From assembly GCA_050486185.1 (NCBI GenBank), contig JBJHCT010000003.1, positions 37,500 through 101,499 on the forward strand: 64,000 nt of DNA. Reading direction: 5' to 3'. Under the pieces are notes generated by a model. That model searched no databases and was not told where the DNA came from. It saw only the letters and a list, made by a program, of their open reading frames with translations. The stretch's first letter is position 1. Each line of letters begins with the position of its first letter. Below are positions 37,847-47,912 of the stretch, piece by piece. Position numbers and translations under genes: made by a program. The DNA is from Candidatus Saccharimonadota bacterium. Lineage in GTDB: Bacteria; Patescibacteriota; Saccharimonadia; QS-5-54-17.

Positions 37847-38131
37847 ATGCTGAAACTACCCTGGTTAAAACTCTACAGAGTGGAAGGTGAATCTATGCAG
37901 CCAACCTTCAAGCCAGGTGATTTACTACTAGGATCAGCCCTAGTTACACCTAAAGTAGGTCATCCCGTAGTTCTCAAACGCCAACCCTTAAGTATAAAGC
38001 GGATCAAAAAGCTCAACGCTCAGGGGGTGTGGCTAGAGGGGGATAACAGTAGTCAAAGTAGCGATAGTCGGCAGTATGGGTATGTTAATGATAAGGATAT
38101 AGAGTCGGTGATATTTATGAAGCTAGCCTAA
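37847..38131 (+). CDS. sodX: Ni-SOD maturation peptidase (S26/LexA-like signal-peptidase fold)
   Basis: 94 aa. …VEGESMQPTFKPGDLLL… is the S26 catalytic Ser motif. Directly downstream of sodN, the usual sodN-sodX arrangement. Confidence 0.7.
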   Translation: MLKLPWLKLYRVEGESMQPTFKPGDLLLGSALVTPKVGHPVVLKRQPLSIKRIKKLNAQGVWLEGDNSSQSSDSRQYGYVNDKDIESVIFMKLA

Positions 38132-38162
38132 TAGTTTGCTACAATATACCAGCGTATCTTAT

Positions 38163-38236
38163 TGGGGTGTAGCCAAGCGGTAAGGCAACGGATTCTGGTT
38201 CCGTGATCCTAGGTTCGAATCCTAGCACCCCAGCCA
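38163..38236 (+). tRNA. tRNA-Gln(CUG)
   Basis: Acceptor TGGGGTG/CACCCCA, D-arm AGCCAAGCGGTAAGGC, anticodon stem ACGGA/TCCGT with loop ttCUGgt, T-arm CTAGGTTCGAATCCTAG, and CCA. Confidence 0.8.
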
Positions 38237-38325
38237 AGCATAAGCAATATACTATTAAAATGTATGTTTTAAAATATATAGACATTTCTGTATAATATCT
38301 GTACGCGTAACTAGGAGATAAGACT

Positions 38326-38658
38326 ATGAGTATTGAAAAGCCAACAGCAGAAATTTTCAAGGGTGGTGACAGAAGTGAGGTAGCTAGTGATCGTGAGATA
38401 CCTACAGTAAAAGAGCAAATCCTCACTAGCATTCAAGGATATGTTGATGCTAGAAGCAAAATGGTAGCAGAGATCAGTACACTACCGTTAGACGGTATCG
38501 TAAAGATGGTGAAGGAATTAGATACCGCATGCAGAGACGAGACCCTAAATAAGGAGCAGCAAACAGAAGCCACTCTTCTAAGCACAGTCCTGCAAGAGCA
38601 GGCTATACGAATACACGGGCAGGATTCATATCAAAGAGCCTTCTTTCAGTCTGAGTAA
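38326..38658 (+). CDS. hypothetical protein
   Basis: 110-aa ORF. Confidence 0.4.
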   Translation: MSIEKPTAEIFKGGDRSEVASDREIPTVKEQILTSIQGYVDARSKMVAEISTLPLDGIVKMVKELDTACRDETLNKEQQTEATLLSTVLQEQAIRIHGQDSYQRAFFQSE

Positions 38659-38767
38659 TAGCCTCCTGAAATGCATCCACTAGCCCCAGCCACGAATTTT
38701 CACGAAAGAATACCCAGCGGCAGATTATGCGTAGTAATAAGAAGATTGAATCGTTATACTTAGCTAC

Positions 38768-39460
38768 ATGAATAGCATCAAGGCACTAACGTATAGTCTG
38801 CAGAAATTTGGCGGCTTCGCTTCATTGATTATGGCCTCTACATTTATATTTGGAATGGTCATATTTTTTATGTTCTTGGATTCATCCAGTTTTATCGCTA
38901 CTAATTCTGACCCAGTAGAAAATGCGGCCTTTCTTGTAGATAACCATGCAATTGTAGCTTTGTGGTATTTGGTAATCTACATAGTATTCGGTATTTTTCT
39001 TGTCGCTTTAGTCATAGCTTTACACGAAAGACTAAAAGCAGCAGCCCCATCGTTAATGAAGATTGCAACGACTTTTGGGCTTATCTGGGCAGGACTGATG
39101 TTTGCTAGCGGTATGATAGCGAATGTAGGGACTTCAGCTGTTATTGATCTGTATGTACAAAATCCGGAACAAGCTGGTCTCTTGTGGCTCTCGATTAACT
39201 CGGTGATTATGGGACTAGGTGGCGGTAATGAAATTGTCGGTGGTCTATGGGTATTGCTAATCAGTCTAGTAGCATTGCAGATAACCGATAAACTACTACT
39301 GCCAAAAGGCCTGGTCTATTTAGGATTAATCGTCGGCGCAACTGGCGTTTTCCAGACACTTATTACAGAAATCGAAGTGTTGGATGCAATCTTTGGATTA
39401 GGATTAATCATCTGGTTTGTTTGGGTCGGGGTGCACCTACTTCGCAATCCGGGAAGCTAG
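38768..39460 (+). CDS. integral membrane protein (hypothetical)
   Basis: 230 aa with ~6 TM helices. Confidence 0.5.
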   Translation: MNSIKALTYSLQKFGGFASLIMASTFIFGMVIFFMFLDSSSFIATNSDPVENAAFLVDNHAIVALWYLVIYIVFGIFLVALVIALHERLKAAAPSLMKIATTFGLIWAGLMFASGMIANVGTSAVIDLYVQNPEQAGLLWLSINSVIMGLGGGNEIVGGLWVLLISLVALQITDKLLLPKGLVYLGLIVGATGVFQTLITEIEVLDAIFGLGLIIWFVWVGVHLLRNPGS

Positions 39461-39484
39461 TAGAGAATTAACTCAGCGTAGATA

Positions 39485-41320
39485 CTACCGCTTCTTTTGC
39501 CGCTTATTTTTCTCTAGCTCTCGTTTTCTCAAACGAAGTGACTCAGGCGTGATTTCTAGTAGTTCGTCATCTTCTAGGAAGTCGATAGCTTGCTCTAAAC
39601 TCAATATAGTTGCAGGTGTTAACTGTACGGTACCGTCACTACTTTTTGAGCGCATATTAGTAAGCTGTTTTTCCTTGGTTACGTTTATCTCAATATCCTC
39701 ATTGCGGGAGTTAAGACCGATTATCTGTCCACCATATACTTTAGCTCCAGGCTCTATGAACACGGTTCCTCTAGCCTCGGCGTTTTGTAGAGCGTAAGGT
39801 GTCGCTACGCCGTTTTCCCAAGCAATCATTACGCCGTTACGCTGCTGACCCAAGGTAGCCCCAAGGGGCTCATAGCCGCTCATCAGGCTGTTCATAGTGA
39901 TAGTGCCTTTGGTTTCGGTCATAAGGATTGTGCGCATACCTAAAAGAGTTCTGGTAGGCATCTGGTAGACCAGCTTGGTAATATTGCCATCCATCGGCAC
40001 CTGTTCGATTAACTGGGCTTTGCGTTTACCAAATTCCGATTGAATCGTACCGGTAAACTCATTTGGAACTTCAACCGTAATCTCCTCATAAGGCTCAAGT
40101 TTCTGGCCATTCTCTTCGATAACTACCACTTCTGGCCGACCGACCTCTAATTCAAAGCCTTCGCGCCGCATCGTCTCTATGAGAACACTTAAATGCAGTT
40201 CTCCTCGACCTTTTATAACGTAGCCTATACCTTCAGGCTCGACTTCTAAGCCTATATTGGTTTCCAGTTCCTTATTTAGGCGCTCACCGATTTGACGGGA
40301 GGTGGTTAAATCACCTTCCTTGCCTTTATAGGGGGAGGTATTCGGTCCTAGGTACATACTTAATGTGGGCGGTTCGAGCTTTATTTCCGGCAAAGCTTCC
40401 GGATTCTTCTTATCTGTAATAGTCTGGGATATCTTGATATCACCAAGACCAGTGACGGCTACTATTTCACCGGCCGAAGCAGAATCTACTTCGCGTCTAC
40501 CCAAGCCTTCATATATAAACAACTTGTCGATTTTGCCACTAGAGATGGTTTCAGCGCTAGTTATAGCTACAGCTTGGGATTTCTCAACCATGCCACGATG
40601 AACCCTACCGATAGCGTATTTACCAAGGTAGCTATCCCAGTCTAGCGCAGTGACCAGGATTTGCAGTCCGCCATCTTCCTCTACTTGAGGGGCGGGAACT
40701 TCAGATAGAATGGCGCTAAAGACCGGTTCAAGATCGGCGTCAGAATCAAGATTATCCGGAGGGGAGTTCCAGGCCTTGCCGATTCTACCAACTGCATAAA
40801 TGGTGATGTAATCGAGCTGATCTTCATTTGTAGCTAGTTCTAGAAAGAGATCAGATATAGCGTCCTCAACCTTTTGTAGGTTTGCATCGGATTTGTCGAT
40901 CTTATTTATAACTACAATCGGTTTAAGCCCGCTTTCGAAGGCTTTCTTCAGTACAAACTTGGTTTGTGGCATCGGGCCTTCTTGGGCATCTACTACTAAC
41001 AGACAGCCGTCTGCCATATTCAATGTTCTCTCAACTTCACCGCCAAAGTCCGCATGACCAGGGGTGTCTATGATGTTTATCTTATAGCCCTGGTATTTAA
41101 CGGCTGTAATCTTGGCAGTAATAGTGATTCCACGTTCTTTCTCTTGGTCACCGGAGTCCATGATCAACTCCTGCTCCATCTCACTCTGATGAGAGCTAAA
41201 GGTTTCGGTCTGTTTCAATAGGCCATCGATCAAGGTAGTTTTACCGTGATCTACGTGGGCGATAATTGCGATGTTGCGAATTTGGTCACTAGACATACTC
41301 AAGCGATTATACACTCTCAC
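39485..41320 (-). CDS. typA: translational GTPase TypA/BipA
   Basis: 611 aa. G1 motif AHVDHGKTTL, with EF-G-like domains II, III and V. Confidence 0.9.
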   Translation of the reverse strand: MRVYNRLSMSSDQIRNIAIIAHVDHGKTTLIDGLLKQTETFSSHQSEMEQELIMDSGDQEKERGITITAKITAVKYQGYKINIIDTPGHADFGGEVERTLNMADGCLLVVDAQEGPMPQTKFVLKKAFESGLKPIVVINKIDKSDANLQKVEDAISDLFLELATNEDQLDYITIYAVGRIGKAWNSPPDNLDSDADLEPVFSAILSEVPAPQVEEDGGLQILVTALDWDSYLGKYAIGRVHRGMVEKSQAVAITSAETISSGKIDKLFIYEGLGRREVDSASAGEIVAVTGLGDIKISQTITDKKNPEALPEIKLEPPTLSMYLGPNTSPYKGKEGDLTTSRQIGERLNKELETNIGLEVEPEGIGYVIKGRGELHLSVLIETMRREGFELEVGRPEVVVIEENGQKLEPYEEITVEVPNEFTGTIQSEFGKRKAQLIEQVPMDGNITKLVYQMPTRTLLGMRTILMTETKGTITMNSLMSGYEPLGATLGQQRNGVMIAWENGVATPYALQNAEARGTVFIEPGAKVYGGQIIGLNSRNEDIEINVTKEKQLTNMRSKSSDGTVQLTPATILSLEQAIDFLEDDELLEITPESLRLRKRELEKNKRQKKR

Positions 41321-41475
41321 GAGGCTTGGTCTAGCTATTTTTTATCTAAGCCTATGGTCGGTCTAGACCTATACATTCTCAGTTAGAAGTAAATACTCGA
41401 CTCTTCATGGAGTAATATATCTGTCTCATACGACAAAAAGTAGTATTTATTTAAAAAATATGCTAAAATTGTCGT

Positions 41476-42459
41476 ATGAAATTAAATAAAAGCAATTCAT
41501 ATACACTAATCCATCTCCTTAATGGCGATTCTACGGTTGCGTCTATTGCTAAGCAGGCAGATGCCCCAGATGTGCGCTCAATTCAGCGGGCCATGCAACG
41601 ACTAACAGAGCTAGATCTTATCACCAAGAAGGGGGCTAACAACAACCCATCCTACGCATGTAACTTTACTAATATATTGCATGCAGAGATACCAGAGAAA
41701 ATATTTGATGAGGAGACGCGACCAATTTCACATTATAGGTTCAATCTAATTGATTGGTTAGATGCGCTCAATACTTCTGAACTTGAGAGTCTTTTTTCTA
41801 AAGACTTAAGTCTCATTGGAGAGAAAGAGAAGATGTCGGTTAAAGAGTTAGAGCATCTTACCATCGAACTGTCGTGGAAGTCCTCTGCACTTGAAGGTAA
41901 TACTTACACTCTTTTAGATACACAACTACTTCTCACAGAAGGCGTACGTGCTCCAAACCGAACCGAGTTCGAGACACAGATGATTCTTAATCACCGAGAT
42001 GCTATATCGTTCATTCTCAACCATGCTAACTTATTCAGTGGAGCACTTGAATTCAAGACTGTAGAAGAACTCCACCGAATTATTGGCAATAATCTCGGAA
42101 TAGGTAAGGGAGTTCGCAAAAAAATAGTGCGAATTACTGCCAGTAACTATGAGCCACTTGAGAATCCTCAGCAACTCCGCGAACAGGCAGATAAAATACT
42201 TGGAATAATTAATAAGTCAAAAACTCCTTACATACGAGCACTACTTGCCCTAGCATTCATACCATACTTGCAAATATTTGAGGATGGTAATAAGCGCACA
42301 GGCCGAATGCTTGCTAATGCTCTGCTAATTTCCTCTATTGGTCGTGGTTTCAGCTTACGAAAAGTTGATGCGCGTAAACTCGCAATCGCATACTTAAGCT
42401 TCTATGAATTTAGTAGTATGCAATCACTTGAGACTATCCTGCAAAATGAGCTAAGGTAA
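41476..42459 (+). CDS. Fic/DOC-family protein with a degenerate active-site motif (…QIFEDGNKRTGR…)
   Basis: 327 aa. Has a Fic-like helical core, but the canonical HPFx[DE]GNGR has become IFEDGNKRTGR and lacks the His. Confidence 0.55.
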   Translation: MKLNKSNSYTLIHLLNGDSTVASIAKQADAPDVRSIQRAMQRLTELDLITKKGANNNPSYACNFTNILHAEIPEKIFDEETRPISHYRFNLIDWLDALNTSELESLFSKDLSLIGEKEKMSVKELEHLTIELSWKSSALEGNTYTLLDTQLLLTEGVRAPNRTEFETQMILNHRDAISFILNHANLFSGALEFKTVEELHRIIGNNLGIGKGVRKKIVRITASNYEPLENPQQLREQADKILGIINKSKTPYIRALLALAFIPYLQIFEDGNKRTGRMLANALLISSIGRGFSLRKVDARKLAIAYLSFYEFSSMQSLETILQNELR

Positions 42460-42486
42460 TTTCTATCTTCGCTGCACATTGAAAGG

Positions 42487-43005
42487 CTATGTCTTTATAG
42501 GTGTAGTCTTAAGCAGAGACTTGGTTTTAAATAGTCTTAGCTGAACTAACGTAGAGTTATAGGCTAATACCTCAGGTTGACTACTGGGTATCAGTGATTG
42601 TATATAGTGGAAACTTTTCGCCATGAAATTGGATCTTTGGACAGATAAGTCAGCACCTAGAATAATCGATAAGATACCTGCTTCAACAAGCAGTAGTGAA
42701 TCGGCAAGTAGTATGTAGGAAATGTTGTATCCCATAAATGTAGACGACACAGTACTGGCTGCACCTATAACTATCATAAAGATACCACCTATGTAGAGTG
42801 TGGTCCTTGCTGTGTATGTCCGCAATTTCGGCATAAAGACGTAAGCTAGTAAGATCGCAACCAATGCGATACGGGCGCAGATAATAAGTGTGTCGAGATT
42901 AATTAGTAGGTGCACATAATGTGAGCTGCTAATTAAACCATAGAAACTAAATCCTAATAGCGCCATGCTAAATATCAGGGTTTCAAAAACATTGTTTTCT
43001 TTCAT
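42487..43005 (-). CDS. membrane protein (hypothetical)
   Basis: 172 aa with ~5 TM helices. Confidence 0.45.
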   Translation of the reverse strand: MKENNVFETLIFSMALLGFSFYGLISSSHYVHLLINLDTLIICARIALVAILLAYVFMPKLRTYTARTTLYIGGIFMIVIGAASTVSSTFMGYNISYILLADSLLLVEAGILSIILGADLSVQRSNFMAKSFHYIQSLIPSSQPEVLAYNSTLVQLRLFKTKSLLKTTPIKT

Positions 43006-43156
43006 AATTTTAATTCCATCCTTTCTAGATTGATAGAGCGCACATTACTGCTACATAAAATGCAACTAATCAAAGGGTATACTTAATTAGAGCCTTGAAT
43101 TATTTATCAGGACGTAAAATCAGTAAATTACTATTTTTAAGCTATACTTTTTGTCT

Positions 43157-43303
43157 TTATGCTTTTTGTCTTTTAGCAAGCATGTTGTAGATGAATACAA
43201 CTAGAGCGGCAACAAGAAGGATGTGAATCATTCCTCCGCCTATGTCTATAGCAAAACCTAACGCCCATAATACTGCGAGAATAATCACAATTGTTATTAA
43301 CAT
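43157..43303 (-). CDS. lmo0937-family small membrane protein (48 aa; not in the ORF track)
   Basis: MLITIVIILAVLWALGFAIDIGGGMIHILLVAALVVFIYNMLAKRQKA matches my memory of the lmo0937 family pattern. Confidence 0.5.
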   Translation of the reverse strand: MLITIVIILAVLWALGFAIDIGGGMIHILLVAALVVFIYNMLAKRQKA

Positions 43304-43493
43304 ATTATAAAACCTTTCTTATTAATTACTACTGATCTTTTCCTAATAGCCCTCTTAAGGACCCCGCGTGATAATATCAGTGTACTTTTAATAATATCCC
43401 TAAACCCTGCAGGCGTCTGTGTCATAGGACACAGGATTAAAATAGCTTTAACACGAGAGGCCACAGGGTATTGCTTGCCCAACGTCACCTGCT

Positions 43494-44876
43494 TTGGTTA
43501 CAATAAAGCTTATATTTATGGACAGAATTAAAAAAATACTTATAAATATCTTAGAGCCAATATTTGGGGTGTTTACTAAACTAAAGAAAACTTCAGGGCT
43601 ATGGCTAACGATCATTATCATAGCTATTCCGTCATTTGCCTGGGTAATCGGCTATGACTTTAGCGGTATGTCCGGTTTGGAGATAGCTGGCACTATCCTC
43701 AAAAGAGGAGCGGCATTTGCCGGTATGGCCATGTTTGCCTGGACGTTGATACTAAGCGGTAGGTACAAAATTTTAGATGGTCTATTTAACGGCCTAGATC
43801 AAACCTATATAGCTCACCGTTTCCTAGGTACCACTGTGATGGCGCTTTTAATCCTGCACCCCTTTGGCTACACACTGCTTCATATAGCAGCCCAAGGTGC
43901 TACAGGGTTAACCCAACATTTCCTAGGCTTTGAAAGTATAGCTTTGACTATGGGTAGATTGTCGCTATATGGCCTGATTTTGCTTGGTATTTGGTCAGTC
44001 TTTGCGAAAGTCAAACATGAAACCTTCATCAAGGTGCACTTGTGGCTAGGGGTATTGTTTGTAGCAGGAGCCGCACATGCGTTTATGTCAGGACCGGAAT
44101 CAGTGCTAGCTAATAACGCCTTTATGTTTTGGTATATGTTAATTTTATCAACTACTGCGACACTAACATTCTTGCACTACTCGATCTTTGGTGACTTCTT
44201 GCATCCATACTATAAATACAAGGTTGCGTCTGTAAATGTATTACCAGGTGATGTTGTCGATATAGAGCTTACACCGAAGTATAGGATAGTGAACTTTAAG
44301 CCAGGACAGTTCTTTTATGTAGCTTTTGATCAGATGGGGGAGGATAGGTACCATCCATACTCGGTAGCTTCGAGTAAGGATAGTTCTAAAATGCGCTTCT
44401 TGGTTAAAAAGCTAGGTGATTACACCAACCAGCTTGATGAGCTATCTGTTGGAACCGTTGCTAGATTAAAGGGTCCTTACGGAGGGTTTACCTTTGATGA
44501 TGATAAGCATGCCAAGCAGCTATGGCTAGCTGGAGGTATAGGTGTGACGCCTTTTTTGAGCAAGGCTCACAGTCTAAGGTTTTCTCAGCTTCATCCAGAG
44601 GTAAAGATGTTCCACTTTGCTAAAGATAAACAAGAGGCGATCGATAGGGAGGTGTTAAACATCATCCAAAAAGACCACAAGGCCTTTGACTATAAGTGTA
44701 TACCGGAGGATAAGTTTGGTATTGTTTCGCTCAAAGATATTTCCAAACAGCTAGGTTCATTGAAAGATTATGCTATCTATCTGTGTGGCCCTCCTGCTAT
44801 GCTCAAGGCTTATGATGAACAGGCTAAAGAGTTAAATATAGAAAAACAGCTACATTACGAAGAGTTTAGCTACTAA
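43494..44876 (+). CDS. NOX/ferric-reductase-like membrane flavocytochrome (bis-heme TM domain plus FAD/NAD(P)-binding domain)
   Basis: Two His pairs spaced 13-14 residues apart in TM helices (HRFLGTTVMALLILH and HLWLGVLFVAGAAH). FAD site KPGQFFYVAF…HPYS and NAD site LAGGIGVTPF. Confidence 0.7.
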   Translation: MVTIKLIFMDRIKKILINILEPIFGVFTKLKKTSGLWLTIIIIAIPSFAWVIGYDFSGMSGLEIAGTILKRGAAFAGMAMFAWTLILSGRYKILDGLFNGLDQTYIAHRFLGTTVMALLILHPFGYTLLHIAAQGATGLTQHFLGFESIALTMGRLSLYGLILLGIWSVFAKVKHETFIKVHLWLGVLFVAGAAHAFMSGPESVLANNAFMFWYMLILSTTATLTFLHYSIFGDFLHPYYKYKVASVNVLPGDVVDIELTPKYRIVNFKPGQFFYVAFDQMGEDRYHPYSVASSKDSSKMRFLVKKLGDYTNQLDELSVGTVARLKGPYGGFTFDDDKHAKQLWLAGGIGVTPFLSKAHSLRFSQLHPEVKMFHFAKDKQEAIDREVLNIIQKDHKAFDYKCIPEDKFGIVSLKDISKQLGSLKDYAIYLCGPPAMLKAYDEQAKELNIEKQLHYEEFSY

Positions 44877-44899
44877 CTCATTAAAAGAGAGAACTGCTT

Positions 44900-45796
44900 T
44901 TAAAACCCATCGATAATTAGCTTTTTCATCTGCATCATCTTGCCAAAAGCTCCAGGCTTCTCCATCAGCTCTTCGATATTTTCTGGCGTAATCTGCCAAC
45001 TAACGCCGTATTTATCCTTACACCAACCGCATTGTTCAAACTCTGGTTGGTGGGAGAGTTTTTCCCAGAAATAATCAATTTCTTCTTGATCCTTACACAT
45101 TACAGCCAGTGAAACCGCTTCATTGAAAGTAAAATCTTGTTCAACACCGCTGTCCATAACTACAAGCCACTGATCGTTCAAAGTAAAATCAGCAAACATC
45201 AATGAACCTGATTTAGCCGGCCCAGTGCTTTCGTTGTAGCGAGCAACTATCCCAGATTTTGAACCGCTAAAGATTGATTTATAGAACTCCATGGCTTCTT
45301 CGGCGCGGTTAGTGTTTGCTTGTGAAAACAGCAAGGAAGGGGTAATAAATGGACGAGGGTCGCCTTCTGGGTCGGTTAGAATCAGCTGCCAAGTTAAACC
45401 ATATCGATCCTTAACCCAGCCATATTTTTTACTAAAGGGGTATTCATCTATCGGCATTAACGCCTGGCCGCCATCTATGAGCTGGCTCCATAGTTTATCT
45501 AAATTTTCACTAGCCTGGTCGTCTTTTGAGGGGTCAAAATTAACCATGAATGATATAGATGGGTTGAACGAAAACTCTGGACCAGCATTTATAGCTGTAA
45601 ATCTCATATCCCCAAGCTGAAAGTCGATAGTTAATTCTTTGCCGGCCAAACCTAGTTGAAAATCGGCCAAACCCTCTTCAATACTATTTGGATAGTAGGA
45701 AGTAGATATAACTTTACTGTTAGGGAATATGGATGTATAGAAATCGACCGCCTTACTAGCACCATCGAACCATAAGTTTGGTATTATTTTCTGCAT
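44900..45796 (-). CDS. tandem VOC/glyoxalase-like (PhnB-type) domain protein
   Basis: 298 aa. Two copies of the …I.P.LWFDG…A..FY..IF… module. Confidence 0.65.
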   Translation of the reverse strand: MQKIIPNLWFDGASKAVDFYTSIFPNSKVISTSYYPNSIEEGLADFQLGLAGKELTIDFQLGDMRFTAINAGPEFSFNPSISFMVNFDPSKDDQASENLDKLWSQLIDGGQALMPIDEYPFSKKYGWVKDRYGLTWQLILTDPEGDPRPFITPSLLFSQANTNRAEEAMEFYKSIFSGSKSGIVARYNESTGPAKSGSLMFADFTLNDQWLVVMDSGVEQDFTFNEAVSLAVMCKDQEEIDYFWEKLSHQPEFEQCGWCKDKYGVSWQITPENIEELMEKPGAFGKMMQMKKLIIDGF

Positions 45797-45895
45797 TATA
45801 TAATCCTTTCTATAAATTATAGCAAAAATTACCGTAGCTATTTTGGTGGTATAATTTCTATAGTTTTAAAGCTGATAATAAAGGAAAAATTCGCT

Positions 45896-46177
45896 ATGGG
45901 AAAGAAAATAATTCGCATCTTAATAATAACCGCATTAATTTTGGCTGTGCCACTTATAGCTATGTGGTTTAGCAGTGAGGTTAACTGGAGCTTAGCAGAC
46001 TTTATTATTAGTGGCGCTTTGTTGATTATTACAGGAACTACCTATGAAGTGTTGATTAGTCGGTTTAATACCGCTAGACAAAGAGTTGTTATCGGTGCAG
46101 TTTTAGCTGTAATTTTGCTTATTATCTGGGTGGAGCTTGCGGTAGGAGTCTTTGGTACCCCATTTGCCGGTAGTTAG
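45896..46177 (+). CDS. small membrane protein
   Basis: 93 aa with 3 TM helices. Confidence 0.4.
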   Translation: MGKKIIRILIITALILAVPLIAMWFSSEVNWSLADFIISGALLIITGTTYEVLISRFNTARQRVVIGAVLAVILLIIWVELAVGVFGTPFAGS

Positions 46178-46279
46178 TTTTAAGCAAAAAAGCTGTTTAC
46201 TATTCAGTAGTAATTAATATTGCTCATGCTTTATGTTAGGATATAGTTACATATTTATTAACAACCAAAAGGAGTTAAT

Positions 46280-46846
46280 ATGTTATCTAAAATAATAGAC
46301 GAAACAACCAACGCAGTAGTTTCTGCCGTTAAGGGAGTAGACAATATTCTCAAAGCAGTGACAGATACTGTTAAAAATCAAGTAGTTAATGTACTCAGTA
46401 GCACGGGTGAAGTAGCCGAAGCCGGAGTAGAATCTATCGCTTCTGTAGCTAGTGGTGCTATCAAGGGTGCTGGTGAGGTGGGAGAATCAATCACTGATAC
46501 CGTAGCCGGTACTATGAGCGGCGTGGTTAACGGTGTTAACCAAGTAGGTGGCGATGTAGTAGGAGCTGTTTATGGAGCTGCTAAGGGAGTAGTCACAGCC
46601 ACAGCTGAAACCGGTGGTAGTATCGGTACAGCGGCCGTATCGGCCGTAGAAGGTGCTATTAAAGCTGCCGGTGATGTTGGAGCTGATGTAGCAGGAGCTG
46701 CTAAATCAGCAGTAGGCGGCGCATTAGATGCAGCTACTGAAGTAGGCGGTGATGCCGTCGGTACAGTCCGAGAGGCTCTATTATCTGCAGCAGCACTACC
46801 TAGAGATGTAATCGAATCTGCGCTCAAGGGATCAGACAAAGAGTAG
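46280..46846 (+). CDS. Ala/Gly/Val-rich repetitive protein (11-mer-like amphipathic repeats)
   Basis: 188 aa with recurring …AV.GA.KGAGEVG… units. No TM segment. Confidence 0.5.
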   Translation: MLSKIIDETTNAVVSAVKGVDNILKAVTDTVKNQVVNVLSSTGEVAEAGVESIASVASGAIKGAGEVGESITDTVAGTMSGVVNGVNQVGGDVVGAVYGAAKGVVTATAETGGSIGTAAVSAVEGAIKAAGDVGADVAGAAKSAVGGALDAATEVGGDAVGTVREALLSAAALPRDVIESALKGSDKE

Positions 46847-47172
46847 TTTCAAGAAGCAGAGTAGTTAGACTAACAGCAACAGACACAGTCTGGTTGATGC
46901 TCAGAATCACTATCCTCATTTATGACCGCTTGATGCAAGCTGGCTAGAGCTACTTCACTGGGGTTATATGAGGATCTGATGTGATTGTTATTAATAATGC
47001 TTAATATAGTGATAGTTAGTATAGCCATAGCTATAGCAGTAAAAGTGACAGTTAGTATTGGTATTAGGCTAGCGGTTTTAGTTTGAGTTTGTGGTTTTTT
47101 CATAGTCTTAAAGCCAGCATAAGAGGTGATTGTTTGGCAATATTGCTTTATTAGTATCGTTTCTTAATTAGT

Positions 47173-47850
47173 TTAGCTAACTAACTCGGCCGAAACTATA
47201 ACTCTCTCATCATAGCTACGAGACTCTTGATCGAATAAACCACCACAGGTAATTAAATTAACCTGGTGTGATACTTGTGGGTGTTGAGAGAATAATACAC
47301 TGGCTGCTTCACTCTCATGCATTGAAACTACTTCCATAACTCGATAGGTGAGTATGCGCCCATCACCCATCTCGATCTCAAATTCATCACCACTATTAAT
47401 ATATTCTAGGTGCATAAATATGCCATTCCTAGAAGTTGCCCCATCTACGTGGCCATCGATAATGCTTAAACCCATCTCACCAGGTCGCACACTATTTATG
47501 AACCAACCAGCTTTATGAACATTATCAGGTACGGCTATCTGTTGATTTTGATCAATACCAACGTTTTGAATATATCCACCACTATCGATACTGGGCAATC
47601 TAATATATTTAGGATCATCTGAAGACCCTTGCCACTGGTAGTTATCATCTGGCTCTTCTTCGCTAGGTTGATCGGTAGAGAAAGTTATCGGTTCAGTCGC
47701 TATCATCTCATCAACTTCGTTATCATGAGAAGCTATTTGGTTAGAAAACCAGATTGCAGAGAATGTAATAGTTATTAACAACAAAACAGATAGGGCTAGG
47801 ATTGCCTGCGTACCTGGTAGTCTATCTTTTCTAATTAAGGCTTTAATCAT
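47173..47850 (-). CDS. sortase (class E/F-like transpeptidase)
   Basis: 225 aa with an N-terminal TM anchor, catalytic His (…IIDGHVD…) and the TLITCGG Cys motif. Confidence 0.7.
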   Translation of the reverse strand: MIKALIRKDRLPGTQAILALSVLLLITITFSAIWFSNQIASHDNEVDEMIATEPITFSTDQPSEEEPDDNYQWQGSSDDPKYIRLPSIDSGGYIQNVGIDQNQQIAVPDNVHKAGWFINSVRPGEMGLSIIDGHVDGATSRNGIFMHLEYINSGDEFEIEMGDGRILTYRVMEVVSMHESEAASVLFSQHPQVSHQVNLITCGGLFDQESRSYDERVIVSAELVS

Positions 47851-47912
47851 ACTCCTAACATCATAGTCTAGATATTTGTTTTTTAAAAATGTAGTAACAT
47901 AAAGGGTAGTAT

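Noticed and set aside
38139-38432. 97-aa minus-strand ORF
   Set aside because: It overlaps tRNA-Gln(CUG) in antisense and is spurious.
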